A stretch of 24,750 nucleotides of DNA, from IMG/VR virus record IMGVR_UViG_3300050195_000279, positions 1 through 24,750 of that record; one strand, written 5' to 3'. Under the pieces are notes generated by a model. That model searched no databases, was not told the DNA's origin, and was given only the letters and a program-made list of their open reading frames with translations. Positions within the stretch are counted from its first letter, which is position 1, and every line of letters begins with the position of its first letter. The position numbers and the translations under genes are program-made. Below, piece after piece: positions 8,000 through 15,727 of this stretch. This DNA comes from a virus. Its lineage: Duplodnaviria; Caudoviricetes.

Positions 8000-8467
8000 T
8001 TACTTCAAGCCTTTGCGATACATCCCCTTCATCGCCGCCATCTTTGCAACAGCATCAACATTCTCACGACGCTGCTCATCGGAAAGTTCAAACACCCGAA
8101 TGTTTCGCAGCTTATTGCCGGCACTGCGAAATGCTCGATTTGCATCCTTCTGAAATGCATCCTCAGCTATCCGAGTCTGCTCCTGAGGGGGAACCCAGCG
8201 AAAGCCCTCTCCGCGAACTGACTGAAGCAGAACTGAGTGATCCCGCAAAAGCTCATTCTTAAACGACTCGATGTTAGACAGCCATTCAAATTGATGACTC
8301 CGAAAGTCTTGCGCTGTCATTTCCACTTCATCGCCCATTGTCGGCATACCGAAATGCTCGGCAAGCCAAGCATGACTAATCATGTCGCCATACTTGAACT
8401 CTCGCAAGCAGTCCTGCACCGCCTGCCGCCACGATGGATATCGAGATAATTCCACCTCGTCACTCAT
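8000..8467 (-). CDS. Hypothetical protein (155 aa) between the RAMP-like gene and the array
   Basis: ATG 8467 overlaps the end of the upstream gene; its stop abuts the first repeat tract; helical protein with a SVRGEGFRWVPP segment. Confidence 0.75.
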   Translation of the reverse strand: MSDEVELSRYPSWRQAVQDCLREFKYGDMISHAWLAEHFGMPTMGDEVEMTAQDFRSHQFEWLSNIESFKNELLRDHSVLLQSVRGEGFRWVPPQEQTRIAEDAFQKDANRAFRSAGNKLRNIRVFELSDEQRRENVDAVAKMAAMKGMYRKGLK

Positions 8468-9029
8468 ACTCCACCTCGAATCGACCGAAGCGCGGGCGGA
8501 ATTCGCAAGTGCCAATCAAAGAGCCGGCATCTGAGATTGTTTTTTTGATTTCGTTCAAATCCAGCACTTCGGGATTGAACGCCACAGTCAGGTGGGCGGA
8601 CCAGTCCATGAATACCGGCCGATACCGCATCAGCTTGCTGGCACCAATCTTTACGCCCCGACAATCAACAAACCGAGAGTCCGCCCAAAGATCTTCTGGA
8701 CTGTCTGGGCCATCAAACATTAATTTTGCCCGGTCTGTCTGAACAAGCGCACCCCGTTTCCATGCTGTGCCAAGTTTTTGCAATTTCGCGCCGGCCAGAA
8801 AAGTCGCATCAAGATTTTGTCCTGGAATAAAGAACCCGACTTTCTTATCCCAATACGCCCCAGCAATGAACTCTGATTTTGCGATCGCGAGGTGATCCTC
8901 ATCAGTCTTCTTGCGCTTGCCAGTCAATTCTTTGTGTAACTTTGTTTCCGCCGCCAATGGGTTAGCAAGGCGGTCCGAGTGCATCATCAGCGGCGATGTG
9001 CCGGTAATTTTCAATTTCAGCAGTTCCAT
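8460..9029 (-). CDS. Stand-alone RAMP/Cas7-like RNA-binding protein (Vipr-like)
   Basis: N-terminal beta strand LKITGTSPLMMH, central FIPGQNL, RPVF..W strand and C-terminal Gly-containing loop AGSLIGTCEFRPRFGRF, matching the RAMP layout; TAATG-coupled to Rha. Confidence 0.7.
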   Translation of the reverse strand: MELLKLKITGTSPLMMHSDRLANPLAAETKLHKELTGKRKKTDEDHLAIAKSEFIAGAYWDKKVGFFIPGQNLDATFLAGAKLQKLGTAWKRGALVQTDRAKLMFDGPDSPEDLWADSRFVDCRGVKIGASKLMRYRPVFMDWSAHLTVAFNPEVLDLNEIKKTISDAGSLIGTCEFRPRFGRFEVEYE

Positions 9030-9727
9030 TACATCCCTCCGTGAATTTTTACTAAAGCGGCCTCAAGCGTCGTCTCATGATATGCGTTCACAACTCCATA
9101 TCTAGCATCCCGCACCTTGTCGATCGGGATACTTTTTTCCCGACTCAAGGTGCCGGCCGCCCGGCCAAGCCGCTGCATATCACGCATAGCTAACTTGATA
9201 CCGCGCAACGCACAAAAACCCATCACGGTGAAGAAAGAATGCCCCTCCTCAAAAGCTGATTGCTTTGCCTCGATACGCTTAATGCTCTCTTGTTGAATTG
9301 CCTGCTCAGCTTCTAACTCAGCCTGCTTCGCTTTTATCTTGACGTTATCGACCATCAAAGCGACAAGTGCTTGCTGCTCTGGGGGCAAATCAGCGAGTGG
9401 ATCTGGTGCATTCAATTTTGCGCGCATTTCAAAGAAGCCTTTCACCAGGGCAACTTTGAAAGATCGAACTATTTCGCTGTTCCGCATAAATGCAATCACC
9501 AAAGCAGATTGCTGCTCGTTCAGTACCGCGAACTCGATATCCGCACCACCATGTTGACCTACCTGTCTTGGTTGGATTTCAAATCTGACCAAGCCAAACG
9601 ACTCCAAATCGGCTCGATGCTTGCGCACCAGCTTAATTACACTTGCATGATCATTTTTTGTGCCAGCAGCAATTGCCAACGATGTCGTGACAGCTTCGCC
9701 GTCTTTGATAGTAATCAAATCGCTCAT
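9029..9727 (-). CDS. Rha-family phage regulatory protein
   Basis: VTTSLAIA...HASVIKLVR...LNEQQ...MRNS..V..FKVALVK.FFEMR N-terminal domain; coiled coil, then a C-terminal domain ending YG.VNAYH. Confidence 0.8.
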   Translation of the reverse strand: MSDLITIKDGEAVTTSLAIAAGTKNDHASVIKLVRKHRADLESFGLVRFEIQPRQVGQHGGADIEFAVLNEQQSALVIAFMRNSEIVRSFKVALVKGFFEMRAKLNAPDPLADLPPEQQALVALMVDNVKIKAKQAELEAEQAIQQESIKRIEAKQSAFEEGHSFFTVMGFCALRGIKLAMRDMQRLGRAAGTLSREKSIPIDKVRDARYGVVNAYHETTLEAALVKIHGGM

Positions 9728-9900
9728 GCTCTACCTCCACGCATCGCAGGTGTCACTGCCGCCGATTTAGACTTGTACTGTGCCACCAACATCGCCAACT
9801 CTCGCTGATCTAGCGATAGATACAGGGACAACAGACTTGATTCGTCGAGCGTCAATCTGTTGGGGTTCAGATATTGCGGTCGCAGGAGGTGATGGCTCAT
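9724..9900 (-). CDS. Small hypothetical protein (58 aa)
   Basis: My translation: MSHHLLRPQYLNPNRLTLDESSLLSLYLSLDQRELAMLVAQYKSKSAAVTPAMRGGRA; ATGA overlaps at both ends tile the operon exactly. Not in the ORF track. Confidence 0.65.
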   Translation of the reverse strand: MSHHLLRPQYLNPNRLTLDESSLLSLYLSLDQRELAMLVAQYKSKSAAVTPAMRGGRA

Positions 9901-10286
9901 GCTGCACCTCCAGCCACCAAACGAAGCGATGGGCGGGTGCGCTCTTTGGCAAAACGTGCGACCATTCTAGGCAACTCTCGTGACAGGCACGCCTGATCAC
10001 GCGGATCAATTTTCTGAAAATCTCGGGCGATATGAATGCCTGAATACGCTTTCGTACCCGCCTCGATGGCATCATTTATTGCAAGATCGTAAATGAATAT
10101 GCGATTCGAACCACTCATGCCCCTGTAGGCACGCACCAAACGCGCCTCTTCGGCTGTCAAGGCGACAACTTCGGTCGATTGGCTGACCAAAATAGGCTTT
10201 TTCGCATGCGAAATTTGTTGCACTTCCGCTGATGAAGCGCCATTTATAGATTGCCCAGTAATGCATAACGGCTTATCATTCGCCAT
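9897..10286 (-). CDS. Hypothetical protein with repressor-CTD-like LTxEExxLxxxYR motif
   Basis: AGGAAGG RBS; LTAEEARLVRAYRGM motif; C-terminal RPSLRLVAGG. Confidence 0.65.
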   Translation of the reverse strand: MANDKPLCITGQSINGASSAEVQQISHAKKPILVSQSTEVVALTAEEARLVRAYRGMSGSNRIFIYDLAINDAIEAGTKAYSGIHIARDFQKIDPRDQACLSRELPRMVARFAKERTRPSLRLVAGGAA

Positions 10287-10318
10287 AAATCACCTTCCTT
10301 TTGCTAGGGTTGTTGATT

Positions 10319-10359
10319 AAAACCCCGAACCCAATCCGCCAAGATCTGTTCGGGGTTTT
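10319..10359. other. 12-bp inverted repeat (attenuator, terminator or processing stem) inside the Arc-Rha operon
   Basis: AAAACCCCGAAC (10319-10330) pairs with GTTCGGGGTTTT (10348-10359). Confidence 0.7.
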
Positions 10360-10363
10360 TCGT

Positions 10364-10525
10364 TTACTGCACCGCATTTCGCGCACCTTCTTGCTGCACC
10401 TTCTTTTCCTTCAATACCGCGACGATCTGACCGTTCAGAGAACGTTCACTATCTTTCGCAATTTCTTTCATCCAATTCGCCAGTTCGATAGGCATTTTCA
10501 GTGTCATGCGATGGAACTCTTCCAT
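10364..10525 (-). CDS. Arc-like ribbon-helix-helix repressor (53 aa)
   Basis: My translation: MEEFHRMTLKMPIELANWMKEIAKDSERSLNGQIVAVLKEKKVQQEGARNAVQ; beta ribbon plus RSLNxQIV Arc signature. Not in the ORF track. Confidence 0.85.
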   Translation of the reverse strand: MEEFHRMTLKMPIELANWMKEIAKDSERSLNGQIVAVLKEKKVQQEGARNAVQ

Positions 10526-10540
10526 TTTTCACCCTTTCTC

Positions 10541-10592
10541 GACACTGTTTTAGTGTCATGAGCAAAGTATCTTACGACACTGAAACAGTGTC
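10541..10592. promoter_or_regulatory. Two 17-bp palindromic operators
   Basis: GACACT-GTTTT-AGTGTC (10541-10557) and GACACTG-AAA-CAGTGTC (10576-10592). Confidence 0.8.
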
Positions 10593-10594
10593 AA
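10566..10594 (-). promoter_or_regulatory. Sigma70 promoter for the arc-rha-RAMP-array operon
   Basis: TTGACA (10594-10589), 17-bp spacer, GATACT (10571-10566). Confidence 0.75.
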
Positions 10595-10631
10595 TCATTT
10601 TTTGACATATTTTTCGTGCTATCTTCCGACC

Positions 10632-11132
10632 ATGGAAAAAGACCGCTACACACGAATTACTCTTCGCATCCCATCTGACCTGTATGGAAAACTGGTGTAC
10701 GAGGCTGATGTCACGAGCAAATCCACGAATGCCGAAATCGTGGCGCGCTTAAATGACTCATTTTTAACCGACGATCCATCGGGGCGCCTTCGCGAACTCG
10801 AATTAACTGTCGAGCACAATGAAATCATTGTCACTGCACTCACCAATGAGTTAGAACGATGCCGCCAGGTTATTAGCACCCAAGAGCAACTTATTGCGAT
10901 GTTAGGCGTACACCTTCGCATAACTGCTGAGCGCGTTCCCACCTCCGACGACCAGACGTCCAATTCACTAATGGCTGTCATGAAAAACTTTGGTAATGCA
11001 ATTGCTCATAACGATCTAAAAAGCGCAGCCATCCCAATGATGGAATTACTTAAACTTGGAACTGACCTCGGGATTTTTAACGAGGATGGCACTCCTGGCC
11101 CAAACCATCCCAATGCCCGCAATAAGCCCTAA
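10632..11132 (+). CDS. Arc/Mnt-family DNA-binding protein with coiled-coil C-terminus
   Basis: RITLRIPSDL...KSTNAEIVARL RHH signature; divergent from the small Arc gene. Confidence 0.85.
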   Translation: MEKDRYTRITLRIPSDLYGKLVYEADVTSKSTNAEIVARLNDSFLTDDPSGRLRELELTVEHNEIIVTALTNELERCRQVISTQEQLIAMLGVHLRITAERVPTSDDQTSNSLMAVMKNFGNAIAHNDLKSAAIPMMELLKLGTDLGIFNEDGTPGPNHPNARNKP

Positions 11133-11755
11133 CTCTCCTAATCAACACCCTCACCTTCCCACGAAACGCAAAATCCAAATAATTGTTTCGTGGGCTATCG
11201 CAAATCTGCAACACCACCAATTTACCGGTTCCTGTCAGGCGTGGTTGCACCGCAAAGATAATCACATCTCCCGCAAAAGTCGTGTGACATGAATCGCACA
11301 ACGCCCTTGAAACCCACAGCCACTCTACCTGCCCCCGCAAACAGATCAACCATAAGGAATTCAAAAACGTTGTGATTGACAATCGCACATGCGCCTAACT
11401 GTACGTAGCCAAGCGAAATATACACCCCCGATAAACCGCCGTTCATGGCCCATTTCGAGGGTCTTGCCATTTACCCGGCCCCGTCAGTTCGATGCATCCA
11501 TTTTGCAACAAACATCTAGGCGCGGTTGCACAATGAAAATGAACAACGACATTTTCTTCCAAGCCAAAAATTTTTCACAGGCTGGAAACGTTTCCCGCGT
11601 TGACACGAAATAACTATCCGCCAAATTCTTGGCGTTATATGCAATTTCCCCGGGGAGAGTCATGCACCGCCAAAACTCAGAGCAACTATACTTCGTCGAT
11701 CAGTCACGAAATGGTCACGCTGAGGGGTGTTTTGGGGGTTTATTGGTATAGGCGT

Positions 11756-11782
11756 AAAAAAACCCGCCTGAGCGGGTTTTTT
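11756..11782. terminator. Bidirectional intrinsic terminator
   Basis: A7-CCCGC-CTGA-GCGGG-T6 between convergent transcription units. Confidence 0.8.
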
Positions 11783-12402
11783 TATTCATCTTTTTCTTGT
11801 TCCGACCTTGATCTATCTGGTCGATCTGGCGTCCCTTGTCGAATTGCCTCTATAACTCGTGGCCCCAAAAAAACAGCGCAGAGAACGCCAAGATCAAGGC
11901 CCGCGATAACACCAGCAACTACGGGGCTATAGGCGGCGACGATCCCGGCCGCAACCAAAGCTGCGACTGCGATCGCAAACGCAAGATATTGCCCCCGTTT
12001 ATCTTTGGCAATTGCTCCATCCAAGGCTTTTTGCTGAATAGCATGCGAGTGCTCTTGGGCCTTTACCGCCATCTGCAAAATGGATTGACGCACGTCAGAT
12101 GGATATGCGTTGATCACATCGGGCGGCGGAAGGGGTCCCGAAAACGTTCTTCGCTCCGTTACCTCCATACGTACAACTTGGAGCCCAATAAGCTGCGCCT
12201 CAATCACTTCAGGAGAAAATCGCCCCTTCAACTCACGCAGAATCTGTGCACGCTGCTGCATCGGCAAATTTTGCTCCAAAACTGGAGTCAATGCCGCATC
12301 CAACTCTGCTTCGTCAGGCAACTGAGGATCAGTTTTTTGATGACTATTAGCTTGCGCTTGTGGCTGCAAATGTCCGTTTGGATCTTCTTGCTGGGTCGTC
12401 AT
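11782..12402 (-). CDS. DUF2335-family membrane protein
   Basis: FSGPLPPP...Y...I..MA...Q.H...RGQ motif followed by two TM helices. Confidence 0.8.
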   Translation of the reverse strand: MTTQQEDPNGHLQPQAQANSHQKTDPQLPDEAELDAALTPVLEQNLPMQQRAQILRELKGRFSPEVIEAQLIGLQVVRMEVTERRTFSGPLPPPDVINAYPSDVRQSILQMAVKAQEHSHAIQQKALDGAIAKDKRGQYLAFAIAVAALVAAGIVAAYSPVVAGVIAGLDLGVLCAVFLGPRVIEAIRQGTPDRPDRSRSEQEKDE

Positions 12403-12647
12403 TTATAATACTTCTTCGAGTTCCATTCACTCTTAGGCAAGAGATGTTCAATGCACACGCCAGAATGTTTGTTTTTTGAAATGTATGCATCGGAAAAGTG
12501 AACTGCTGCCTCGTCAAAATAGCTACCAATGCGCTGCACTGTAGTACCGCGTGGCATGTATTCCAAATAACTTCCAAGAGGAAAAACATCCACAACGCTT
12601 CCAACCACTTTGGCTGCGGACGCGCGACGGCTAGATTTTTCGCTCAT
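12399..12647 (-). CDS. Small hypothetical protein coupled to DUF2335 (82 aa)
   Basis: GGAGAG RBS before ATG 12647; its end overlaps the DUF2335 start. Confidence 0.6.
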   Translation of the reverse strand: MSEKSSRRASAAKVVGSVVDVFPLGSYLEYMPRGTTVQRIGSYFDEAAVHFSDAYISKNKHSGVCIEHLLPKSEWNSKKYYK

Positions 12648-12857
12648 TACAACTCTCCAGCTTGAATTAATGACTGCATATAAATGATAAGAATTCTTAT
12701 CTACAACTTCTGTATACGCAAACAATAGCATGAATTAATGTAGTACATAAATTATCTAGAGTTTGAACAGTTGGCGCTATAAAACATACCCACATCGGTC
12801 TGACATTAATCTCAGATATCAGTTGCGCTATAGTTACCCCCTCACAGAGGAATAACT

Positions 12858-13334
12858 ATGAAAAAAATACTGATTAGTATTTTTCTATCAGCAAGCGCCA
12901 CCGAGGCACTTGCGCAATCTGCCGCCGCTGAGACAGCCCCGTGGTTTCCAATAACCAGCGCAATGTATGCACTCTCCCCACTGGAGGACAAAAAAATTGC
13001 ACTTTCTGCCTCGATTGATACAAATACCCATTTGGTTGCAATAAAACTGATAGATTTTGGTGGTGCCTACTGCGCTGTTCGTGAAACGTCTGCACCAAGC
13101 TCGATATCCCCAATTTCCGTTGATGGACAATTTTTGAAATTTACGCGTGGCTGCATAAATGGCACAGGGATCGTTCAGCCGGAATCAGAGCAAGGCAAAA
13201 AATTCCTATTGGATAAAGTGCAATCAGAGAAGCCATTTTTAATCGATGCTGGAGCTAATGGAACGCTACCATTTGCATCTAGAAACTTCTCCTCGGTAAT
13301 CAAAAAATTACAACAAGTTCAGAATGCTTTTTAA
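12858..13334 (+). CDS. Secreted/periplasmic hypothetical protein (moron)
   Basis: GAGGA RBS; Sec signal MKKILISIFLSASATEALA; one Cys pair; AT-rich. Confidence 0.7.
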   Translation: MKKILISIFLSASATEALAQSAAAETAPWFPITSAMYALSPLEDKKIALSASIDTNTHLVAIKLIDFGGAYCAVRETSAPSSISPISVDGQFLKFTRGCINGTGIVQPESEQGKKFLLDKVQSEKPFLIDAGANGTLPFASRNFSSVIKKLQQVQNAF

Positions 13335-13335
13335 T

Positions 13336-13767
13336 ATGAAAAAAAAACTGCTCGGGATGTTTTATTTGCTTTTCTGTTTGGGAATGACTGTAGCAGCTGA
13401 TGCTAGGTCTCAAGCCAAAGGCCTTGAATCTTTGGAGCGTCAACCGGCATTACTGCCCGGCCTTCCCGATCTCACAAAAAATGTGTACCTGTCCAAAGAC
13501 TCATTGGCGTGCGTGAGTAGATACGAAATCGTTGGCACATCAAAAGCATTTCCACAAAGAATTGAAGACCCTCAAATAGTCGCTGCCCTGCGGAGTAGTG
13601 GATGCGCTTTTTCAGACAAGGAGATGAGGGTAGTTGTTGAATTACCCGACGCATCTTCTGAACTTTACCTATCAGAGAAATATGCACAATACGTTGGCAT
13701 ATTTTGGCGAAATCCGAGTGGTCAAATTTGGCGCGGATACACAATGATTTCCAATCTGCATAACTAA
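13336..13767 (+). CDS. Secreted/periplasmic hypothetical protein (moron)
   Basis: Sec signal MKKKLLGMFYLLFCLGMTVAADA; mature Cys pair; stop overlaps the convergent hub stop. Confidence 0.65.
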   Translation: MKKKLLGMFYLLFCLGMTVAADARSQAKGLESLERQPALLPGLPDLTKNVYLSKDSLACVSRYEIVGTSKAFPQRIEDPQIVAALRSSGCAFSDKEMRVVVELPDASSELYLSEKYAQYVGIFWRNPSGQIWRGYTMISNLHN

Positions 13768-14726
13768 GCGCTAATCGGTACTGATTTGCTCTGATCTGGG
13801 GCTGTAATATCGACGCCCAAACAGGTCAAATCAACATACCAAGCCCCCCCGCGAGAATCGCCTGAAAACTCGCTGACAAGAACGCGATAAAATCCCTGCG
13901 CAGTAGTTGGCACGGCCGATAGAACTTCAGCGCCAGTGAATCCCTGTCGCTGCATCGTTATGTGGGTTATATTTTCTTGGTCAATTTGAATCAATCGACC
14001 AATACGAATCGCAGGATTAAGTAATGAGCGAACCTTAAGTCCACTATCGTTAATGGCCTCAGGCGTGCCAACAAGACCGCTCGCAGAAGACAAAACAACT
14101 GCCTCACCAGGGCGATATCCAGTGTTTTTGACTACTGAAAACTTTCCATTTTCAATATTCCATCGATAGCCGTACTTTGCGGCCCAATCTCGAGAAAAAT
14201 CACGGGCGAGTCCAAATTTAGCTACGCCTCTTATCGTTTTTACTACGCCCAACCCACTGCCCTCGATCAGGCCTGTCGCATCATTCGCAAGAGGAAGTGC
14301 ATTGACGCCATTTACCGACTGTACTTTCACAATAGACTCAATAACCTGCTGTGGCGTCTGTCCAGACTCGATAGATTGGCAAATTACTGCCCATGCATAC
14401 CATTGATCACCATCGCTTGCCACGATATCGAGAAATGAATCAGTATTTCGCTCCCGTCCCGTCATGACTTGGACAATAGTCCCGGAAAAAATTATTCCAA
14501 AGTTACCGCTCTCATATCCTGCTTGCAGAGAAACTGTTGTGAATTCCCGTTTCCGGAGAGCCTCCGCAGTCTCTCTCTTAACGTTATAGATTCTTAGGTG
14601 CATTTTATTCGGCGTCTGCGCATCGCTAGCCTTGGTCTTGAACGTAAATCGCAGCTCAGAAAGATCAAGCCCTTCCGTGCCAGAGCTCACGATCAAATTT
14701 GCCCGGCGAATCCATTGATCACTCAT
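13764..14726 (-). CDS. Baseplate hub protein
   Basis: DLSELR..F, RIYN, LQAGY, IFSG.I, DGD..Y, GLVG.PE, LLNP.I and GDSRG..WY motifs; position after tape measure and plug genes. Confidence 0.8.
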   Translation of the reverse strand: MSDQWIRRANLIVSSGTEGLDLSELRFTFKTKASDAQTPNKMHLRIYNVKRETAEALRKREFTTVSLQAGYESGNFGIIFSGTIVQVMTGRERNTDSFLDIVASDGDQWYAWAVICQSIESGQTPQQVIESIVKVQSVNGVNALPLANDATGLIEGSGLGVVKTIRGVAKFGLARDFSRDWAAKYGYRWNIENGKFSVVKNTGYRPGEAVVLSSASGLVGTPEAINDSGLKVRSLLNPAIRIGRLIQIDQENITHITMQRQGFTGAEVLSAVPTTAQGFYRVLVSEFSGDSRGGAWYVDLTCLGVDITAPDQSKSVPISA

Positions 14727-14732
14727 ACATCC

Positions 14733-15044
14733 TCACGAAACGATTGCATATAGGTGGCTTGTTGTACCGAGGCTGGCGTAGCTTGGTACGACGTCTGGAG
14801 CGTTGTCTGTTTGCGCGACCAGTTGAAACCCGAAATCAAGATAGTCGAACTGATCAAGTAGATCGACGCCCGTCACCATCGGTATGCCCGACACGATGGC
14901 ATTGCCACTTGCATCAGCAATATCGATCATCCAAGACACGTTGATCGCGTTCCACGTCACTGTGAACTGATACGTTGTGCCGGCCAGTGCGATGCTGAAA
15001 GACTGCGCGCTGGCTGTAAGTGGAATTTCGTAATACGAACTCAT
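14733..15044 (-). CDS. Small baseplate protein (plug-like)
   Basis: YEIPL...QSFSI.L.G..Y...W..DI...GIPMVTGVDLL.Q pattern; synteny. Confidence 0.7.
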   Translation of the reverse strand: MSSYYEIPLTASAQSFSIALAGTTYQFTVTWNAINVSWMIDIADASGNAIVSGIPMVTGVDLLDQFDYLDFGFQLVAQTDNAPDVVPSYASLGTTSHLYAIVS

Positions 15045-15727
15045 GGCAATGCATTTGTGTTGATGTTGCTGGCGGTCTTCGCATTGACAGTTCCACGATT
15101 CACAGTGGCTCCATTGCTTTCAGGATTGGCCATCAACGATGAATCAGGGACCGTCACCGTTTGCGTCTTCGCCATCAGGATCTGCCGGCAGGTAACTCGA
15201 ACCAGCATGGAGTTCTCGGTTTGCTGGTTCGTCGTCAAGCCAATGCTTTTGATGAGCATGTTCAGATAAAGGCGTCGGCCTGTCTGAACATCGAACAGAA
15301 TTCTGTTCTGATACGCATAAAGCAATTGGGTATAGGCATCATCGATCGTACTGTCACCGTTCGAAAAATTCACATACCCTTGATACGCCTTCGCTGCAGC
15401 GACGACAGCCTGGATTGCGGGGTTGGAATTTGCCGCGGCTCCCAGAATCTGATTGCTCAGCCCTGTTTCATTTGGGCTGTTTGACCATCCCAGTGTCAAA
15501 ATAACTTCTGACGGCCTAGCGAACGCATGATCAGCTATCACGGAGCCCTGCTCTACCGGATGCTCCGTGATTTCCATTTCATCGCTATGCACCTCCTCAA
15601 TTGTTGCCATCGCAGCAATCGAAAAGTTAGACCCATCCGAAGCTGTCATGCCTCGCTGAGCCTTAATGACGAGCAATTGCAGCGCAAGCTGCGCCGTTGT
15701 CTGGGCAAGATTGGTAATTGCGCTCAC
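15041..15727 (-). CDS. Tail tube initiator / Dit-like baseplate protein
   Basis: EE.H.D..EITEHPVEQG..IADHA and TG.R.Y.NMLI motifs; directly after the tape measure. Confidence 0.75.
   Translation of the reverse strand: MSAITNLAQTTAQLALQLLVIKAQRGMTASDGSNFSIAAMATIEEVHSDEMEITEHPVEQGSVIADHAFARPSEVILTLGWSNSPNETGLSNQILGAAANSNPAIQAVVAAAKAYQGYVNFSNGDSTIDDAYTQLLYAYQNRILFDVQTGRRLYLNMLIKSIGLTTNQQTENSMLVRVTCRQILMAKTQTVTVPDSSLMANPESNGATVNRGTVNAKTASNINTNALP

Noticed and set aside
9767-10075. 102-aa minus-strand ORF
   Set aside because: It overlaps two better genes (9897-10286 and 9724-9900) that tile the operon with ATGA junctions.
14860-14910. Tract 3 sense reading (..VSGTPI..) matching the plug gene VSGIPM
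   Set aside because: Only 5 of 16 dinucleotides match with little flanking similarity; many such hits are expected by chance. The antisense hub match has more base and motif agreement.
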